Shown piece after piece: positions 51,913-64,000 of a DNA stretch of 64,000 bases; within the stretch, counting starts at the first letter, position 1, and each line of letters begins with the position of its first letter. The stretch is from Harriotta raleighana. Its lineage: Eukaryota. The notes below the pieces were generated by a model. The model saw nothing but the letters and a program-made list of their open reading frames with translations, was not told the DNA's origin and searched no databases. The stretch spans positions 3,415,136 through 3,479,135 of the forward strand of contig JBNZDD010013712.1 of NCBI GenBank assembly GCA_050575255.1, written 5' to 3'. The position numbers were made by a program, and so were the translations under genes.

Positions 51913-54109
51913 TGTGTCTTTATTGGCTCTTTTTAAGATATCTCCATTCAGTACCGTGTGGCTACCCCACGCCCTTGTAATTTATTCAATTTAGTCAATT
52001 GTTCACTCAGCTGTTTGCAATTGTGTGTAACCATTGAGTCAGCCTAATTCTGTGTATCACTGGACACCTGAGCAGCCATCTTCATGCAGAGGTCCTGAGA
52101 TCAAAGCAACATGTAATTTAAATCGGGAAAATAGAACTTTTAATTTGAAAGAAGCTGAACGACAACCACAACAACTTGCGTTTATATTTGGGGCAGTGGC
52201 TGGAAGCACAGCTACTGGTGGAGGAGCAGAGGAGTTGGGGGACAAGGAGAAGGTGACAAAGGCAGGGTTTCGGCAGCTTTTGTGGTGAAGGGTTGGCGGA
52301 GACAGGTGATGTGGCGGAGATAGAAAAAAGCAGTGCTGGTGATGGACTGGATGTGGGGGAGGAAAGATAATTGGGGATTAAGCCTGATGCCTAAATTGCG
52401 CACGGGACCAGTGAGTTTTAAGGACAGGTCGGGTAGGTTGAGGACAACATGTACATGCATGCCACAGAACTTTTGAATATTGTCTGGTAGGTTATTTCTT
52501 AACATAACATCTTAAATCATAAGTACAGAAATCCATCTTGTCTGAGCTGGTTTTTTTCTCGACATAAGGCACCCAGTCTATTTCCACTCTCCTGTTCAAT
52601 CCTCTTACCCTTTAAAACTATTTTCCAAGCATGTATCTTTAAGGAACCTTAATACAATGAACTATTTTCTTCAATTATTTGTAAATATTGTCTCTTTAGT
52701 ATTGGTTCATGGTCATTGTTGTCCAATCTTACTTAATCTGTCAGGTCCATTTGATTTGTTTTAACCTTGAAATCGGTTGAAAATATGCTCTGGTTTCCAA
52801 AGTAAGATTGGTGTTTTAGCGGGAAACTGTTTAATTCAGGAACATACATGAATTCCCAGAGTTAATTATAGACCTCTGAGCCACTTACTGTAATAGCTAA
52901 TAGAAAATGGCTTAGTTTGCATATCGCAAAGGATGTGGTCTGGTTATGGGAACTGTACTCTAGACAATATTAAATAGAAATTGATGAAAATGTCAAACTA
53001 ATGATCTGTCCCTACCATTGCCTTGTGAATAGAGTACTCAAAGTCTGGAATTACTCAGGAAATCCATTGTTATAGTCTAGGAATGTACAGAAACAAAAAC
53101 CATTGAATTCAAAATATTAAGCTTTAGCTTCCTCCCAACTATTCATAATTATAATTAAAGCACTTAGAAGTGGTGAAGAGTGTTACCATAAACAGTAAGT
53201 ACCAATATCCATTGTACAGCAAAACTATGCAACAATAACCTCTAGTTACATGACGTCTTCTCACAACGCTTTGGAGGAATACTGTGGAAGTCCGAGCATG
53301 GTAAAAATAGGGGAAGAAGTGTAGTACAATGGTGACTGAAGGTGCAGTCAAAGAGATAGGGTTTTAGAGTTTAGAGTTCAGAGAGATTGCAATATGGAGG
53401 GAGTTTGGGCAGGATTTAAAGAGAGTGGGGCACAGTAGCTGCTTAAATCCCTCCACAGCCTCACCCGACCTAAGATGTGTGACCTCCTTCAACCCTACTG
53501 ACCCCACTTGTCTGAAACACTGACTGTCCATCACCTTGGAAAGTCCTCCTGACATGAAAGGCGCTTTGCAAATGTAATTTTGTTGTTGTTGTCCCTTCAT
53601 TCAGCGAGCACCTGCTTAAGGAAATCCTATGGTGCTTTGAGGCATTATATCAAATCCAAGGATTATTATATTTCTAAAAATTATTCCTCAATGGTTATTT
53701 TCCACCAGATTTTTTTGTAGTTCAGATGCCCTGGATATAAATGGATTAATTTTTACCCTAGATGAATTTACAAATATAATCTGACTCTAACGATGGGAAA
53801 ATAGCAACTTCCGAAGCATTCTAAAACATTATTCTACCTTTGTTTTTGACCCTACAAATTGAGCAGCCAAGTTTGCATAATACCTACACCTCATGGTATT
53901 CAAACTACAGTATATTCATTTTGAAAACGTTTCAAAGCAATCAGACTCATAGGAAAGCACTCTACTTATAATAGTGTTACTTCAATCCACTTCAAAATTA
54001 TTAAGAACTACTTAATCTACCACATCACTCAATGAAACTTGCTCATGAGATTCAATCTTTACCTGAAGTATGAAAGATCAATCCCTGGCATTGATCACGT
54101 TAGACTTAC

Positions 54110-54237
54110 CTTGCAGTCAAAGGCAGGTGCCCCTTGATAGAGAGCTGGTAAAACATGAAAGCGAGTGGAACACTCATGAGCTGGTACATGGTGACTGGGT
54201 AAAAGTCCAGCTGAAACTGCAGGAACTCTAAATCCAT
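54110..54237 (-). CDS. MBOAT4: MBOAT4 (ghrelin O-acyltransferase) coding exon 1, not in the ORF track
   Basis: Translates MDLEFLQFQLDFYPVTMYQLMSVPLAFMFYQLSIKGHLPLTA(R), similar to the human GOAT N-terminus. Strong context aatATGG with an in-frame TGA 18 nt upstream. Donor AG|gtaagt, phase 2. Confidence 0.9.
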
Positions 54238-54831
54238 ATTAGGAGAATCTTTTCAAGTTTAACTATTGCACATAAACAAATGCAGTTTTGTAATTATTAG
54301 TCTTTCAAATTGTTAACAATCTGCTACTGAAAGAAATGTGCAGTCTTTCGAATTAAGCATTAATATGTATGTCAAACACCTGCACAAACTAGAGTGCTAG
54401 ACCCTAGTAAACGTATGCAGGCAAAAAAATGCCAAACCAGAAAGTGTTGATTGGTAATGGAGTATGGAAGGGAAATGCTTGATTCGTGCTCTTGTTTCCA
54501 GGTAACTGAGGATTAGTCAGAAAGTGCTGTTTAGAATCTCTCTGCTTCGCATACGCCAGTTCTTTAAAGAATGTTATGTATTCATGGTGTACTAATTGAG
54601 TTGTTGTGTGTGTTGTAAATACAATTTAATAAAAAGCAACGCTTATCAGTTTTATCTCACTACGTTCTGCAACTAGCATCTATGTGTATTCAGGGAACCT
54701 ATTCTCCATCACTAGACCACTAAGTGTCACTAAGAATCCTGAGGCACTAGCGATTAAGAGATTTGAAGCGCAATTCAAATGGACTATATATTGGATAAAA
54801 TTCAATATTTGCCATTCAGTCTGTCAGGTAA

Positions 54832-55105
54832 AAATAATAATAGTAATCCTTGCATTCTGATATAGCACTTTTCATGTCTTCTCAACATCTCAAAGCGCTT
54901 CACAGAATATACTGTAAAGTGAAATTGACTGTGTATTTGTGGGTGAAATGCGGGACCAAATTATTATAGGTTTTTTTTGTGGATTATTACTAGGCTAGTG
55001 AAGTAAGGAAACTTGCCCAAGGTTTCGACCTGACCTGCCTGGATTCGAAACACAGGTCTCATACCTGTGTAAGGCGAGTGCTCTAACCACTGAGCTACAG
55101 GACTA
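54832..55105 (-). mobile_element. Same SINE family upstream of MBOAT4
   Basis: Head and tail present, core partly deleted. Confidence 0.82.
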
Positions 55106-58100
55106 CTTTGATGTTCAAAGACTTACAGTAACATTACTGAATCACGACCACAGTGGTAATCATGATTAGTGGCTGACATCACCAACGATGATACACTTAA
55201 CACCAAACAAAATTTTACCCAATTGTGTTATTTTATAGTCTTGTTTATGAAATGCTGGATTAGGAGTACATCTCTGCTTGTATTATAGGAGGGAAGAAAG
55301 TAGGAAATCATTTATGTTTCAACTTTATGCCTTAGTAAAGATTATTAATGGTAATCTTCCAGCCATGAGGCACTGGTAATTTTCACGGTACTGTATTTGA
55401 GCAGGTTGGATCATTCTACCCATTATAACTTTGTCTTATTNCTGGATTAGGAGTACATCTCTGCTTGTATTATAGGAGGGAAGAAAGTAGGGAATCATTT
55501 ATGTTTCAACTTTATGCCTTAGTAAAGATTATTAATGGTAACCTTCCAGCCATGAGGCACTGGTAATTTTCACGGTACTGTATTTGTGCAGGATGGATCA
55601 TTCTACCCATTATAACTTTGTCTTATCGGTTATCGGAGACATAATCAATCTTCAATCAAGAAGCAGACAGGCTGGTTAATTATATCTTGAATTACAATGT
55701 TTTGTCTCCCTGGTTTTGCCAGATGTGATTCCTAGAGCCCCTTTAAAACCTTGTTCTTATTTTGTTAATATTATGACCTCGGAGGACACCACGTAAAGGG
55801 ATGAGGGATGGGGTGGGTGGGGGAGGAGTAGATGAGCTGAGAGGATCAGTGTGTGAATAGCTCAACAGAAAACTATCCTTTGGCTCTGTTATATGTAATA
55901 CAGTATCATAATAATCCTTTCATTTGATATAGCACCTTGTCACATCAAAAAGTCTCAAAGAATTATCGGTAAATGATAATGACAGTATTTCTAGGTAAAC
56001 TTGGCAGCTAATTCATGCACAACAATATCACACAAACAGCCATGAAGCGAATAACTAATTTATACCCAAGGGATTGTTACTCGTGGAATTGGGAGAAACA
56101 CCTGTCTCTTTTTCAATAGAGCCACGTTTACTTGACCAGGCAGACAGAACCTCAGTGTACTGACTCACCAGACTCCCTGAGCACTGGTATGGAGTGTCAG
56201 AGCAAGTTTGTGAACTCAAAGTCGTTTGACTCACAATCTTCTGAGTAAGGTTGACTTGAAAGGGATAGCCACTAGCTTTCTGCAACTTTTGTTAATACAA
56301 TACAAAATTATATTTGTATAGCAATTCAGGTCATGGACTGACATCCCGAATGACAGTTCTACAACAACAACAACAACAACACAAGTACATTTGTATAGCA
56401 CAGACACCAACTCCAATATCTGCTTTGCTGTTTGTGATAGGAATTTAACAGTGATTTTTATATTCAAGCAAAAAAATGTTTTAACAAAAACTTTAGCAAT
56501 ATTGTTTTGGACTTTACAACTATAAAGTAAACCCCTGAGCTGTTAAATGTTGCACATCTTACAGAAAGGGAAATCACAATCACTAGTTACACAGGACATG
56601 CCAAAGGATGTGGCTAATTGTACCCGTACTCTAATTCTGTAAAGCATTGTTGTATTTATAAATAACACATGCAATATTATTATTTATATTTCATTCAAAT
56701 GCAATTTAAAAAAAAAACTTGTTAACTGAAAGAGTGACTTAAAGTCTGCATTGATAGATGGAAATACTAATGCACTTCATGTAAGCCTCTGGAAAGTTGC
56801 TCTCACAGTGACATCAGGAGAGCTGGATACATTAAGCATGTACTGGATCTCCCAGCTGAGACCAATGCACCGCGTTCAAATCCGACATAACATCACTCAT
56901 GGCACAACATCATCTGGGTGTTCATCCATCACTGGCAGAATGTGTGTCTGACTATGTTTTTCATTGGGGGGGATGAAAAACCTAATTGGCCAGCAATGGC
57001 ATTTCAGACGAGTGAAAAATATCTAGGGCACATAATAATCCCCAGTGATAAATTATGTGTAGTGGAGCTGTTTTTCCACCTTTGGCTGATATTGTGTTGC
57101 TCAAGCAGCCATAGTTCTACATTGAATGTTCCAAGTAGGAGCTTATTTGGTCTATTCTGCCTGTGCTGGTGTAGGCGCTGATGTTAGCTGGGACTATCTA
57201 TTCTGATCCAAGTGCTTTGCATGTTATTGTTTCTCTTCAAACACTGATCCAGAGTGATCAACTGATCAACAAAAAAGCATTACCTGGGTACAGAAAGATT
57301 CAGAAAGTCTGCAAAACAGAAAAAAAAATGGATCGAACATAAAGAAAAAGTTCTAATGAAGGGCCATATCCAGAAAGTAAACGTTTCTTCTTGAGACACT
57401 GAATGCTTTCCAGTATTTTGTGTTAATTTTATAAGGAAGTTAATGTCAATCATTTTAAATTACAAAAAAAAATATATAAGGAAGTATTAAAAGTTTAAAA
57501 AGGGGTAGGGATATAGGACAACCAAAATAGGAGAAGATGATATACTGAGTCTGTTATATACAGTAGCATTCTATTAGATCTTAAAACCATAGAACTGTAG
57601 AAATTGACCGCCCATGATAGGCAGATAAACACTTGTATGAAATAAACTGTTGGAATTTTAATAAAGGCAAAAAGAGGTTGATAACTGTGGATATCATGGA
57701 TGGGGTGAGACAGTGTCTCAAAAGGATCCCTCCAGACTTGAAAGGCACTACAGAATTGTAATTTTGTTGTTTTGTTTTCATTGTTTTTAATAAAGCTAAA
57801 TCTAGTTATCATTACAAGGTTGATCTTTACAAGGCATAAATGTAGGGATAATTCTCATTGAAGGCAGAAGAGCAGAGATTTGGAAAACAGACTAGCTATC
57901 TGTAACCAGTATCTTAAGGCAAGAAAGCAAGGAAAAAAGATAAAGATCGAGACAACCATCAACATGATAGACTCTCACAAAACAACCAGTCGAAATTCTC
58001 AACATAGGAGAAGAACTGAGTTCGGAGTAAGTGCTGAGTTTTGAAACAAAGAAGCTAAATTCAACCAATCTTGATGAAAGAGAAACTACAATCAACACGA

Positions 58101-61100
58101 ATCGATTCACATTAACAAGTCAATTCCTCCATCAAATCTGCAGTAAAATTTACTAACACTTTGTAAGATTTAATCTGAATTAAACTAACCTGTCGTAAGC
58201 ATTAATTTGATTTGATGAAACATAAATCTTTGATTTGCACAGCCTTGCTAATTTTAGGGATGATTTAGATTTAGGGACTTCGGGATGGAGTTCCAGAGGT
58301 TGGGGGAAGAGTAGCTGAAGGTTTGCCCGCCTGTGGTTGTAATAATGTGTACCAAAAGTAAACAGTAGCCTTTTAAATTAAAAAAAAACATACTTTAGTA
58401 ATGACCAGGTGCAAACAAAGTTTGGAAGAGATTGTTTAAGGCTTTCAAAATAACCTGATTGTCATGTAAACTGTTAAAAGTAATACGTTGTATACCACCG
58501 ATTTCCAGAGGAAATCACATACAGTAATTCTTTCCAACCTATTCTGTTTACTTTAGATGCTTTGTGTTCTTCACAATATCTGATTTTACCTCCTGTTTTA
58601 GTGCTTTGCTACGCTTTGCATGAAGTTTGAAAAGGCTGCTTCTGAGTGTACAGTATTTCTTCTGTAACAAGCAGAGAGCTGTAAATTGTGGCAATAAGTA
58701 ATGGGATGCAGAATTTCACTAGAAGAGGTAAGGTCGAGGTAGTCAAAGGTCCAGAGAAGGAGGATAATGTATCAAAGATAGTTGTGAGGGAGGGGAGGGG
58801 GTATTTATTTTCCAGATAACAAAATTGGCTCGAAAATAAAAGAAAAAGTGCAGATTATTCTTAATCTTAATTAAAGCAAACACTAAAATTCCCAAGCAGG
58901 TTTATCAGCAACTGATTCAGTCCCATGAGAATCCCTTCTCCCACTCCAGGAGCTCGGTCTCAAACATGGAAGAGAATGGGAGAGGAGAAAACTAGTAAGA
59001 AAAGTAATCCTTGCCCTTATTTTCTCACACAAAAAAAACACAGGAGTCATCAACAGAAGCCCGAAAGGACATCTAATGGATAAAGCTTGCAACAGCCAAT
59101 GATGGTTCTGAACATAGGCCAAGTATGGGTTGGAAGCTAAAGTGTTTCAATTATTTTTCTGTTCACAGCAGGTTTTTCCACAGAAGGATCTCGGAGGTTA
59201 TCGGGAGATCTCTACTATTTTATCACAGAAATAAATAAATAAAACCTTTCCCCAACTGACCACACTCCTTGGAAGGCAGCACCAGGAACAGTTACCATGG
59301 AGATAATCTCCAAGGTTTGCTTATGTAGTCCTTGGAACTGATGTTGAGTAACGTTATCATGAAAAATTGATCTCCTCACATCCATTTCTACGCTAAACAT
59401 TTGTAGAATGTTAATAAATGTTGATAACAATACAAGAGAAGGAAGCTGGCCACACCACACACAGTGATTTATCAGATTGAAGAGAATTTTGTGAATTAGT
59501 TTTGTGTTTATTATTATTTCAGAATATCACTCTTTAGACAATAATATCAGTTTAAAAAAAGGTTTATGATTATTGCACAAGCAAATGTTGAAAAGATTCA
59601 ACTGCAGAAGATTATATAGAATTACAGAAGACATAGGATATCAGATATCACAAGAAGAGACACAAAAGAGCTAAGCAGATATTTTTTCACACAGAGTCGG
59701 GACTTGGAACGCTCATAAGGTCGAGGTACATTAGTAGAGGCAGAATTCATTCAATTCCAAGAGGGAAAGTAGACAGAAACATTCAAAATAAAGACTTGAA
59801 GGTCTATGGGCAAAAGGTAACCAATGGTGTGAATCGATAGTTTGCTCTAAGACCTGGGGCAAGCTCAACGGTCTCTTTTGAACTGTAAATTTCTATGATT
59901 GCAAAGTTACAGCACATAAACAGGCCATTCCACCCAACTTGTCTGCACCAACTCAAGCCTCCCCCCCACTTCCCCCCAAAAAACATTCCGCTTTCCTATA
60001 AATCTCTGTGCCCTTCACATTCACAAAGCACACATACCCTTTACAAGTTATCCTGTGAAGTTCACTTTGAAATGTCTTGATAACAAGATAAATGCTACAT
60101 CAAATGCAAGCATTATTATATTATGTATGCATCAAGTTTCCGTGCCTTCAGCCGACCCCTACCTCTCTATCCCCCCCACATCCCAACCCTGCTCCCGCAC
60201 CCTCATGTTTGGGTACTGATCCCTGACCATTCAACACCTTGGGACATCCTCCTGACGTCTGACGTGAAAGACGCTCTAAAAATGTATTTTTTGGGTTGTG
60301 ATTTAGAATACTGATTTGAAAGATGACCAAGCAGAGATACTTCGTATAGAGATTTCATTAGAATGTTACTAATCGTGTGTGTCGTGGTCAAAATATAAAC
60401 ATAAAGTCATTTTTCCAGTTAGCACATAATAGCAATTAATCACCACCAGCAAGGAACTTGAAATTGTCCAAAGTATGTATTTTCATAGTTCTTGTTTTGT
60501 TGTACATATCTACTGTGATATGCATATTTGCATTTTTGATGCAGTTCTAAGGTGCTTTATGGGCAATTGTTAGTCAAACATTTCAGTGTATTTTCTGATG
60601 TGTGGCTTTGCGATATTGTTAATCCATGACTGTGGCGTTTTTCCCACAAATATACAGTATATTTTGTGAAGCGCTTTGAGATGTCGATAAGATGTGAAAA
60701 GAGCTATAACAAATGCAAGGAATATTATTATTATAATTTTTTTGTTGTTATTGCTGTTTCTCATTGATTTTTGCTTCAACCACAGCACGCGTNAAAAGAG
60801 CTATAACAAATGCAAGGAATATTATTATTATAATTTTTTTGTTATTGCTGTTTCTCATTGATTTTTGCTTCAACCACAGCACGCGGCAGTTCTATATTCC
60901 CAAAACCTCTGCATGAAGAAGATTCTATTACACTGGGGTTACACAATGTCTTCACTGGGGTTAATTCAGCTTCTCACACTGTTAGACACCACAGACTCCA
61001 CATCTCTTTCCCAACTGTTCAGTTTTGTCTGTGGGATGTGGGATAAAAGGAATTATTTTGTGCATTTTCTGAAAGATTATTGCCAGGTGGAGGCTGAAGG

Positions 61101-61419
61101 CCTTCGATAAAATCCAGAAGTTTTGTAATATTAAAATTATTTGGCAGAATGCCTCAGACTTGCTCAGTATTGCTGCACTGCTTAAGAAAACCAGATTGAA
61201 GAGATATTAATCTGATGAGAGAATCTGTCATCCTAGCCAAAGATATAACATGGATGTTCATTGATATAAAACCACAGAAGGATCTCTCTGCCACACTTAC
61301 AACATCATATTCAACTTCCTACAGGCTTAAATCAGGCTGCAGTTCAGTTTTGTTCAAAATATTGTTTAAAGCATGTTAAAACTGTTATAATAATAGAATA
61401 AAGAAATATATTAAAATCA

Positions 61420-61632
61420 AAACGCAAAATATTGCAGATGCTGGAAATCTGAAACATCAACAGAAATTGCTGGGAACACTCAGCAGGTCAGGTAGCATCA
61501 ATGGAGAAAGGAAAAGTGAGACAATGTTTCAGGTTCTGACGAAGGGTTGTGGACCTGAAATGTTGACTCACTTTCTTTCTCCATAGATCCTGTCTGACCT
61601 GCTGAGTGTGCCCAGCGATTTCTGTTTTTATT
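61420..61632. mobile_element. Palindromic Penelope-type non-autonomous repeat; degraded relatives at about 46934-47062 and 57290-57430
   Basis: Inverted arms 61459-61534 and 61553-61626 surround TCTGACGAAGGGTTGTGG. The leader TGCAGATGCTGGAAATCTGAAA is typical of this chondrichthyan repeat. Confidence 0.65.
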
Positions 61633-62589
61633 AAAATCAGCTGTTGGATTTGGATTCTTTACTAGATTTTTCTGGCAAGTCCAGATCCAACAAATAGTAT
61701 CTGTAAAACAGTTTTGGAACTGTTTTGGGACCCCAAAAAGGCATTGAATTTATGTAGAGCCTTCATATAGGGTAATGTCTTTGAGCGCTTTAGAGAGATG
61801 GGGTTGATTGGAGAGAGAAAGAGGTGAGAATGTATCTTTGAAGTCATAGGATTTGAGATGGAACTTAAAGACAGCAAGAGAGGGGGTCAAGAGAACGTGT
61901 TAGAGGAAGAATGTTTCAGAGGCTTTGGCCACCGATGGTGAACGAACAAACTCAATGAGCTGAGCAGAGGAGGCAAGTGGAGGAAANTGGAGGATAAGAG
62001 AAGCGAGTTAATGAGGAGCCAAGAAGTATGGAGTGCCTTTCATGTCGGGAGGACATCCCAAGGCGCTAAACAGTCAGGTGGGACCCTAGCATGGGGGAGG
62101 GTAATGGGGATGGGAGGGAGAGAGTTGAGAGGGCAGTAGGAGGCACGATCGAATATGATGCTGCAGGTGAGAATGAGAATCTCACAATTAATCCACCAGG
62201 GGGCAGGAAGTCAATGGAGACTGGTAAAGAAATAGGATGCTGGTGATGGGTTCGTGGAGTTTGGTGGGGCTGAAGATACAGACAATGGTTTTGAATGGCT
62301 TCTCCCTAAGCCAAACAATACACAGCAAGAATGCTCCTTGTTTGTAGCATTGATAAGTGCTCTGAAATGCTACCCTGCGGGCAGAACGCTATATAAGTGC
62401 AAGTTGCTGTTGTATCACAACCTATTGCAATAAAATAATTCAGTTTCTACTAAAATTTCCATGAAATTCTTCTGTTTTTTATTTTATTAAAACTGTTAGA
62501 TGGGTTTGATTCCAGCCAGGTTGAAACCTCGGGCAAGTTTCCTTGCTAGACATGCCTGATAATCCCTAAAAAAAAATTGGTCATCGATC

Positions 62590-63230
62590 CTCAACTGTCT
62601 TTCCTCCCACACATCCAAGCTCTGCCCTCCCTCAGCTCTGCAACATTACCCACCTCCAACATGACTTCACCCTCAGGATGCTGAAACTCTCATTCATGCC
62701 ATCATAATGTCCATTCTCATCTACTCCAACGGCCCGCTTGTCAGAGATGGGAACACTTCCCTCTGTGACCCTATCTCCCCCATTCTCGCCTGACTCCAAT
62801 GGCTCCTCAACACCCATAGGATTCAATTCAAGATCATTTTAAAGTCCTCCATGGCCTTTCCCCACTCTATCTCTGTGACCTCTTAAGCCCATAAAAATCT
62901 GTCAGCTCACTCCACTCAGTGGGCTTCGGCCTGCTCCATGTCCCCCGACCCACCCGCCTCACCATCAGCGGACGTGCCTTCAGCCATTTTGCCCCCAACC
63001 TCTGGAATTCCATCCCGCAATCCCTCCACCTCGGCCCCTTCCTAGCCTCCTTCAAGTCCCACCTCAAGACCCTCCTCTTTAATGGTCCCATCCGTCCTCC
63101 GCATCTCCCATCCTTCTGGTCCACCCTACCAAATCCTGATCCCAGCTTGGGTATGAAACACAGACTGTCCAGGAACCTTGGGATGTCCTCCCGACATGAA
63201 AGGTGCTATACAAATGTAATTTTGTTGTTA
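62590..63230 (+). mobile_element. L2 LINE 3' end
   Basis: Encodes GRAFSHFAPNLWNSIP...SFKSHLKTLLF; tail TGAAAGGTGCTATACAAATGTAATTTTGTTG. Confidence 0.85.
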
Positions 63231-63729
63231 TCCTGCATGAGGAGCACGATATAAACGCATGTTGTTGAGTAGTTTCAGTAAAAGTATGTCCCTTAATTTT
63301 TCTTGCCTGTTTAAATAATTAAAATAAATTAAAGAAAATACGGAGAATTACCCTGATTATGAACTAAACCAGTGCATTAATTTGATGAGATGATGACACT
63401 TTCCCAGTGACATATGTTCTGGATTTTCACTGGAATAAAGTTGTTATGATCAAATAGAGATTTTCTGGAAGATTTTTTAGAGGGAAGTGAAATATTAACA
63501 GCAGTAAGGGGACATTATACTTTTATAATCTGAGCAAAATGCAATTATAAATCCCATGAAATCCTAGGGTGTTCAGTGAACCAAAGAATACTTTCTTTAA
63601 GAGCATAGAAGAAAAACTGCTGATTTATTGTTCTTGATTTACAGGTGAAAATCTGTAGTGCAGGTACAGCCAGGTACATTAGTCTAATCGGAAATCATGC
63701 CTCCAAAATCTGGATCTACAACCATTAAT

Positions 63730-64000
63730 CATAATAATAATCTTTGCATTTAATATAGTGCTTTTCACACCTTCTAGATGTCTCAAATGCTTTGCAGAAT
63801 ATACTGTAAAGTGAATATATGTGGGCAAAATGTGGCAGCCAATTGCGCACAGCAGTGTCCCACAAACAGTCGTGAATTTAGATGACCAATTTTTTATTTT
63901 GGGGGGAAGGGATTATTATTAGGCTTGTGGAGTAAGGAAACCTGCCCAAGGTTTATCCCCGCCAAGTATTGAACTCAGATCTCTTGTTTGCAAGGTGTGC
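63730..64000 (-). mobile_element. Same SINE family, running off the window end
   Basis: Tail, core and part of the head. Confidence 0.82.

Noticed and set aside
57850-59420. Faint Penelope RT or GIY-YIG-like remnants (also at about 9890-10430 on the - strand)
   Set aside because: Too decayed to support by eye; needs tBLASTn or an HMM search.
63644-63672. Possible micro-exon starting VKI, reminiscent of DCTN6 (the human MBOAT4 neighbour)
   Set aside because: Only three residues match and the following sequence does not resemble DCTN6.

Overview
This is vertebrate genomic DNA. The repeat landscape (tRNA/Deu/L2-tail SINEs, CR1, L2 and Penelope-type hairpins) suggests a cartilaginous fish, possibly a chimaera; the taxon is an inference. 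Two intact spliced genes lie tail-to-tail. PRAG1 (Pragmin/SgK223 pseudokinase) is on the + strand with 5 coding exons at 23948-43267, giving 4374 nt and 1457 aa. MBOAT4 (ghrelin O-acyltransferase, GOAT) is on the - strand with 3 coding exons at 54237-49665, giving 1329 nt and 442 aa. All introns are GT-AG and phase-consistent. The rest is intronic or intergenic DNA rich in SINEs and LINE fragments, plus two copies of a Tigger/pogo-type non-autonomous DNA transposon. Most tandem duplications split by a single 'n' are probably assembly artefacts. I found no convincing wholly new biological system. The best leads are: (1) a 150-bp, 94%-identical local inverted duplication in a PRAG1 intron; (2) a Tigger-type MITE carrying a captured L2 fragment and a motif-spacer interior; (3) PEAK1-like, probably ancestral, features in the PRAG1 kinase fold; (4) stacked uORFs on the PRAG1 leader; (5) a decayed hammerhead-ribozyme core in a Penelope-type hairpin. 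Repeat-family names and human protein comparisons come from recalled sequences, not from a database search. Repeat boundaries are approximate.
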